Source of the DNA: Pirellulales bacterium
GTDB taxonomy: Bacteria > Planctomycetota > Planctomycetia > Pirellulales > PALSA-1355
DNA: 64,000 nt
Reading direction: 5' to 3'
NCBI GenBank assembly: GCA_963733035.1
Contig: CAVTBU010000009.1
Location: forward strand, 160,001 to 224,000
Every line of letters begins with the position of its first letter. Position 1 is the stretch's first letter. The translations under genes and the position numbers were made by a program. Positions 59,115 to 64,000 of the stretch are shown piece by piece. The notes beneath the pieces are model-generated. The model made no database searches and was not told where the DNA came from. It saw nothing but the letters and a program-made list of their open reading frames with translations.

Positions 59115-59714
59115 ATGAAGCATATTGCGATCTACTTGCGGGTATCCACGACCGGACAGGACACGAAAAGCCAGCTACCCGACCTGGAACGATGGGCTGC
59201 GGCTCAATCCGATCCGGTCAAGTTCTACAGCGACAAGGCGAGCGGTAAGACGATGGACCGGCCGGGCTGGGCGAAGCTAGAGGCAGCGATTCGACAGGGC
59301 CGCGTTAAGGCTGTCGTAGTGTGGAGGATTGATCGACTCGGCCGCACCGCCAAAGGGCTTACTGCGCTGTTCGACGAACTACGCGAGCGGAAGATCAACC
59401 TAGTCTCGCTACGCGATGGCCTGGACCTATCGACCCCGGCCGGGCGGTTGATGGCGAACGTGCTTGCGTCTGTGGCTCAGTATGAAACCGAAGTGCGGGG
59501 CGAGCGAGTAGCAGCCGGGCAAGCCAAAGCACGGTCGCAGGGCAAGCGTTGGGGCGGCTCGCAACCGGGAGTGCGGAAGAAGGTCACCGATACGCAGCTC
59601 AAGGCTATCCACTCGATGCGTGCGAACGGCGAGCGTATCACCCATATCGCCACCGCTCTGGGGCTCTCTCGGCCCACGATCTATGCCGTCCTACGCGAGC
59701 CCGCAGCAGCGTAA
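59115..59714 (+). CDS. Small serine resolvase/invertase with C-terminal HTH
   Basis: YLRVST, DKASG..RPG, RIDRLGR, STPAGRL, IATALGLSRPTIY; AGGAGG RBS. Confidence 0.95.
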   Translation: MKHIAIYLRVSTTGQDTKSQLPDLERWAAAQSDPVKFYSDKASGKTMDRPGWAKLEAAIRQGRVKAVVVWRIDRLGRTAKGLTALFDELRERKINLVSLRDGLDLSTPAGRLMANVLASVAQYETEVRGERVAAGQAKARSQGKRWGGSQPGVRKKVTDTQLKAIHSMRANGERITHIATALGLSRPTIYAVLREPAAA

Positions 59715-59769
59715 AGTGAGGGCCGAGTGGAGCCTACGAAATACCCCGCAGATACTGGGCAGATAACGG

Positions 59770-59800
59770 TTTACTACAAGTGTGGTAGTAGCTAGGCTAA
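59770..59800 (+). repeat. Dyad-containing repeat downstream of the resolvase
   Basis: tttactacaagtgtggtagtagctaggctaa; TACTAC-N7-GTAGTA. Confidence 0.65.
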
Positions 59801-59824
59801 TAGTAAGCGATGGGGGTATAAGCA

Positions 59825-60220
59825 ATGCCCAGAGTCAGCAGGGGCACCCGAACCAACCAAAGCCATAAGGGCCGAGTCTTGCCTCCCAAGTACACAGCCG
59901 GGTTTCTCACAACGCTGGACGGCCGCACTGAGTTGGCCCGTGGTCTACGCGAGCGGTTTGACTCGATTGTGGCCGATCTGGGCGGACCCGGAGAGCTATC
60001 GCAAATCAAGGCATCGCTGGTTGAACGGTTTGTCTGGCTGGAAGCATCGTTGATGAGCATCGAAGCAGCGATGGCCGAGACGACCGACCCGAAGCAGTAT
60101 GCCGACCTAGTTGCCCGCTGGACTCAGGCTTGCAACACGCTGCTAGGCATCGGTAAGTCGCTCGGCATTGACCGCAAGCTTGGCTCGGCGCCTTGGCTGG
60201 CGGAGGCTAAGCAAACATGA
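59825..60220 (+). CDS. Hypothetical protein, candidate terminase small subunit
   Basis: 131-aa helical protein (LDGRT..AR, DLGG..LS, LGIDR) with an ATGA overlap to the large subunit. Confidence 0.55.
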   Translation: MPRVSRGTRTNQSHKGRVLPPKYTAGFLTTLDGRTELARGLRERFDSIVADLGGPGELSQIKASLVERFVWLEASLMSIEAAMAETTDPKQYADLVARWTQACNTLLGIGKSLGIDRKLGSAPWLAEAKQT

Positions 60221-61845
60221 TCGACGCCCAACAGTACCAGCTCTATGCCTCCAATCCGGCTGCCTTCCGCGATGATCTCAACGTAGAGGTAAGCGGCTCG
60301 GTCTGTCGCTTCGGTGATATCCAGGACGACTGGCAGCGTCGTGACTTTGAATCCCTAGACCCGGCTTGGCTGCGCTGTACAGGCAGGGACCACGGCGACA
60401 ACGCAATACGGACACGCGGCTACCTGGAACGCGGACGCGGACACTCCAAGACAACCGACCTAGCGATGATGGCCATCTGGGCCTTGGCGTTCGCCACTCG
60501 CTCACTGCGGGGCTACTGCTTCGCTGCCGACAAGGATCAAGCCGCGTTGCTCCACGATGCGATGCGTACGCTCGTGCGCTTGAATCCCTGGCTGGCTGAG
60601 ATCCTAGAAGTTCAGCGGGAACAGGTTGTAAACGTCGCACAAGACCATCGGGGCAACGGGAGCCGATTAACGATCTTCACCAGTGACGTCGGATCGTCCT
60701 ACGGTATCCTCCCGGACTTCATCATTGCCGACGAACTAACGCACTGGGCTGGTGATGGCTCGCTCTGGTACTCGATCATCAGCTCTGCCGCCAAGCAGAC
60801 GAATTGCGTGCTGGTCGTTATCTCCAACGCGGGTTTCGTCGACTCATGGCAGTGGAACGTCCGGGAAGCGGCTCGCAACGATCCTAGCTGGATCTTCTCT
60901 CGGCTCGATGGGCCAAGGGCTTCTTGGCTGACCAAAGATCGACTAGCCGAACAACGGCGCATGCTTCCGCCCATAGCGTATGACCGGCTGTGGGGAAACC
61001 GTTGGAGTTCAGGCGGTGGCGATGCCTTAACGGAGGAGGATATCCAGGCCGCATTCGACAACAACCTGCGGCCGATGACCGGTCGTGAATCAGATTGGGT
61101 ATTCGTAGCGGGACTGGATTTAGGGCTCAAGCGTGACGGCTCGGCCGTGGTTGTACTGGCGGCACCGGTCAACGGTCGCAACGGCGGTAGGATTCGCCTA
61201 GCTCATCATCAACTCTGGCGTCCTCAGGATTCAGGCGGCAAGGTCAAGCTGACGGAAATCGAAGACCATATCAAAAAGTTGGATCGGCGGTTTAACCTGC
61301 GATGCGTTGGCTTCGATCCATGGCAAGCCGAACACATGGCCCAACGCCTGGAAGTCCATTCCCGGCACCGTAGCCGCAGCTCTCGCTTTCGCTCGATAGA
61401 TGGGCCCTGGATGCGGGAGGTACCGCCCACAGGCGGCAACCTTCGCACAATCGCCAACCTAACCATCGAGACGTTCACGGATCGTCGGTTAATGCTCTTC
61501 GACTGTCCGCCGTTGGAGCGTGACCTACGCAAGCTGCGAGCGGAAGAGAAGAGCTACGGCGTTCGCCTTACCAGCCCACGCGATGAACATGGCCACGGCG
61601 ATAGCTTCACAGCCCTTGCCAATGCCTTGCTGCTGGCCCATGAGATAGCCGGTGAAAAGGTAATCACGCTCCAGGCTTGGGGCAGCGGGATGCCGTACGA
61701 CGATGGCGATGAGGAAGACGACCGGCACGCGATTGACGACTACCTGGAAGAAATGGAGTACCTGGAGAGCTTGCCTGATGGACCAGAGCGAGTGATTCGA
61801 GGCATCGAACACTGGGAGAACAACACGAATGACCCACTACTTTGA
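60217..61845 (+). CDS. Terminase large subunit-like protein
   Basis: ERGRGHSKT Walker A, FAADKDQA, FIIADEL Walker B, ISNAG, GLDLGLKRD nuclease motif, FDPWQA, HGD. Confidence 0.82.
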   Translation: MIDAQQYQLYASNPAAFRDDLNVEVSGSVCRFGDIQDDWQRRDFESLDPAWLRCTGRDHGDNAIRTRGYLERGRGHSKTTDLAMMAIWALAFATRSLRGYCFAADKDQAALLHDAMRTLVRLNPWLAEILEVQREQVVNVAQDHRGNGSRLTIFTSDVGSSYGILPDFIIADELTHWAGDGSLWYSIISSAAKQTNCVLVVISNAGFVDSWQWNVREAARNDPSWIFSRLDGPRASWLTKDRLAEQRRMLPPIAYDRLWGNRWSSGGGDALTEEDIQAAFDNNLRPMTGRESDWVFVAGLDLGLKRDGSAVVVLAAPVNGRNGGRIRLAHHQLWRPQDSGGKVKLTEIEDHIKKLDRRFNLRCVGFDPWQAEHMAQRLEVHSRHRSRSSRFRSIDGPWMREVPPTGGNLRTIANLTIETFTDRRLMLFDCPPLERDLRKLRAEEKSYGVRLTSPRDEHGHGDSFTALANALLLAHEIAGEKVITLQAWGSGMPYDDGDEEDDRHAIDDYLEEMEYLESLPDGPERVIRGIEHWENNTNDPLL

Positions 61846-62311
61846 ACGTATGGCTAAAGAGGCCGAACACTTCTATGCATTTACAGACCGCATGGGTTCT
61901 GAGCCGGTGTTTGCCGGGGGATGGTGGTACTTCAAGAACGGGGCTGTAAGCGATGGTTTCCGGTCGCATCACGAACCGCCAGAAGACCCTAACGAATTGC
62001 TCAAGAACCGATACCGCTATGCCGTCACAAGACTCGACGAGCTGCTAGACCTATACATCCACAACAAAAAAGTGATCGCCGAGCAAATTGACATCCATCG
62101 CATGGGGGCAGGACCAATGCCCGCGTCGGGCTGGGACGACGGGATGAAATCGCTCCGATCAAAAGTCCAGGTCGCTAGGGCCGTCGTCCGCTTGCTGTTG
62201 AAGAGACACCTACCGGACGAACAACCTGATGACGATTACGACAAGAACGAAGCACGGCGAGAGCTGACAGACAGCGCCCGTCGCACACTCGTCAAACTAG
62301 AGCGAGAGTAG
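61829..62311 (+). CDS. Hypothetical protein
   Basis: 160-aa ORF overlapping the terminase end; GGAG RBS. Confidence 0.6.
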   Translation: MTHYFERMAKEAEHFYAFTDRMGSEPVFAGGWWYFKNGAVSDGFRSHHEPPEDPNELLKNRYRYAVTRLDELLDLYIHNKKVIAEQIDIHRMGAGPMPASGWDDGMKSLRSKVQVARAVVRLLLKRHLPDEQPDDDYDKNEARRELTDSARRTLVKLERE

Positions 62312-62315
62312 AGGC

Positions 62316-63149
62316 ATGCTGACGCTTACCGTCAACCTGACCGCCGCAGCTCGCAGCGAATCAATCAACGGACGGCCCTACCTGGTCGCTCCAATGACGT
62401 TGATCGTGCCGGGAGTCTTGAACGGCAGCAGGGGCCCGTTGCTCTATCCGCCCGAAGAGATTGAACGGAGCGTAGCGGCCTGGAACGGTGTACCGCTCGT
62501 GTTGGGCCACCCTCGCAACAGCAATGGCGTTCCTATCTCGGCTCGCTCGCTGGAGATTCTGAACCGGATCGGCCTAGGTTTCGTCCAGGGAGCCCGCACG
62601 GAGAACGGCAAGCTGATGGCGGAAGGCTGGTTTGATGTAATCCGCATGAAAGAAGTCCATCCAGCGGCCCTTGCTCGACTTCAAGGCGGACTACCGCTTG
62701 AACTGAGTACGGGGCTCAACACCGACAACTATCGGGCCACGCCTGGATCAACCTACAACGGCCGAGCCTACCATGCCGTGGCTCGCAACTACGAACCCGA
62801 CCACCTAGCAATCCTGCCGGAAGACAAAGGAGCCTGTTCCCTTAACGACGGATGTGGAGTCCTAAACATGCGATATGAAGATTTCAACCAATACCCCCAA
62901 CAGCTTGTTCACAACGGAGTGGTCTACCAGCCGGTAGGTCCAGTAGCCAACGACCTGAATGAAGAGCTGCTGGAAGAGCCGACGATCAACTGGCGGGAGT
63001 GGGCCGGCTGGGAAGATCCCAAGCCCGCAGCTCAGCCTTGCTCGAATCGTGCCGCAACAGAGAACGTCCAAGCTGATCCGAACGACATCAACGCCGAGAA
63101 GCTTGAAGAGGCGGATATCAACTGGGCCGAGTGGGCGAAAGGGAATTGA
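62316..63149 (+). CDS. DUF2213-type prohead protease-like protein
   Basis: PGVLNG, WNGVPLVLGHP, ELSTG, YNGRAY, PDHLAILP..KGACS..DGCG. Confidence 0.8.
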   Translation: MLTLTVNLTAAARSESINGRPYLVAPMTLIVPGVLNGSRGPLLYPPEEIERSVAAWNGVPLVLGHPRNSNGVPISARSLEILNRIGLGFVQGARTENGKLMAEGWFDVIRMKEVHPAALARLQGGLPLELSTGLNTDNYRATPGSTYNGRAYHAVARNYEPDHLAILPEDKGACSLNDGCGVLNMRYEDFNQYPQQLVHNGVVYQPVGPVANDLNEELLEEPTINWREWAGWEDPKPAAQPCSNRAATENVQADPNDINAEKLEEADINWAEWAKGN

Positions 63150-63159
63150 ACACGAACAC

Positions 63160-63345
63160 AGGCGGCAAGTCAGAGCGGGAGTTGTTCCCTGACTCGCTCC
63201 TTCGCCGCTGAGGGGTCGGGTTGGACTTTCCTCATTGGTCTGCCCGGCCCCTCGGAAAACAACTAAGCGGGGCTTTACGTCCGTGGGTTCTGCTTGGGGG
63301 TAACGACCGGGCTGCCGGGAGCGTATCCGGTGGCTCGGTCGTCTA
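63160..63345 (+). ncRNA. Candidate structured RNA (two long stems)
   Basis: Stems 63210-20/63243-53 and 63303-18/63327-42; all non-Watson-Crick positions are G-U on the + strand. Confidence 0.4.
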
Positions 63346-63520
63346 AATCAATTGTGACTTTTACGCCTCCTTTACCGCACATGGGGGCAGGCGAATAATT
63401 CCGAAATGGCGGCACGTGTCGGACTAATTACCCGATGCGGGCTATCTCTCTAGCGACTTCAGATAGCCAGCCGCCTGTTTTTCTCTTACCCGAAGTCGCG
63501 GAAGTCGCGGAAGTCGTACC

Positions 63521-64000
63521 ATGTCCAAGAAGCTGATGCCGGCCGCAGGCTACCTTCGTAAGTCAACGGCTGGAGAAGGTAAGGAAGGTAAAGAGCGTCA
63601 AGAAAAGTCCATCCCTACTCAAAAGGCTGAGATTGAAAAGCTGGCCAAGGCAGAGGGCTACAAGATCGTTCGCTGGTACGCCGATCCCGGCATCAGCGGA
63701 TGGAAGAGGGGCGTCAAGCGTCCAGACTTTACCCGGATGATTGCCGAAGCGCAGCAGCTTCGGGATATCCAAGCCATCGTCTGCGACGACATCGACCGAT
63801 TTAGCCGTGCGGATATGGATGAGGTCCAAGCTGATGTGTTCGCTCTGAAACAGGCGGGAGTTCAGTACATCATTACCGCAGCCCAAGGCGTCTATGACCT
63901 GGGCAGCCACGGCACTGACTTCGGTAAGGTTGTAAAGTTCATGGCCGACGTGTGGGGCTCGAATCAATTCAGTCGCAAACTGTCTCGCCGGATAGCTCGG
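63521..64000 (+). CDS. Large serine recombinase 2 (5' part; runs off the right edge)
   Basis: Hand translation MSKKLMPAAGYLRKST...QEKSIPTQ...YADPGISG...KRPDF...DDIDRFSR...FSRKLSRRI; missing from the ORF track. Confidence 0.9.
   Translation, partial: MSKKLMPAAGYLRKSTAGEGKEGKERQEKSIPTQKAEIEKLAKAEGYKIVRWYADPGISGWKRGVKRPDFTRMIAEAQQLRDIQAIVCDDIDRFSRADMDEVQADVFALKQAGVQYIITAAQGVYDLGSHGTDFGKVVKFMADVWGSNQFSRKLSRRIAR

Larger units (their letters stand above)
47042..64000. mobile_element. Composite serine-recombinase island (phage-satellite or defective-prophage-like) inserted in comM; extends past the right edge
   Basis: Truncated comM, three serine recombinases, helicase with iterons, terminase, DUF2213, capsid fragment, compositional shift. 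Confidence 0.9.

Noticed and set aside
63563..63967. 134-aa minus-strand ORF
   Set aside because: Antisense shadow of recombinase 2.
1..64000. tRNA, rRNA, reverse transcriptase or DGR/retron elements
   Set aside because: No recognisable signatures seen by eye; not excluded without tRNAscan or Infernal.

Overview
High-GC chromosomal DNA that looks planctomycete (Pirellulales-like), based on four DUF1501 genes, a DUF1549/DUF1553 cytochrome-c protein and LEPR-XLL secreted proteins. Positions 1-47.0 kb are host accessory metabolism: amidohydrolases, glf, an MFS/enolase pair, heme/propeller dehydrogenases, a peptidase, large extracellular proteins, and a tight CocE-NRDE-FGGY kinase-S1P-lyase-like operon. 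Several host genes carry 1-2 nt frameshifts that look like sequencing indels. At ~47,041 a comM/yifB gene is cut, and the rest of the window is a CTAG-rich, phage-satellite-like composite island. It carries HTH regulators, a RepA-type helicase followed by convergent 9-bp iterons, three serine recombinases (two large, one resolvase), a terminase pair, a short DUF2213 protease and a truncated Mu-like capsid gene, with no recognisable portal. The island contains a set of recombination-type sites: a 33-bp exact inverted copy of the comM junction that supplies the stop codon of one integrase, a 41-bp exact direct repeat bracketing a 7.7-kb block (plus a degenerate third copy), and dyad repeats flanking the resolvase. 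All product calls come from motif recognition by eye; no database was searched.
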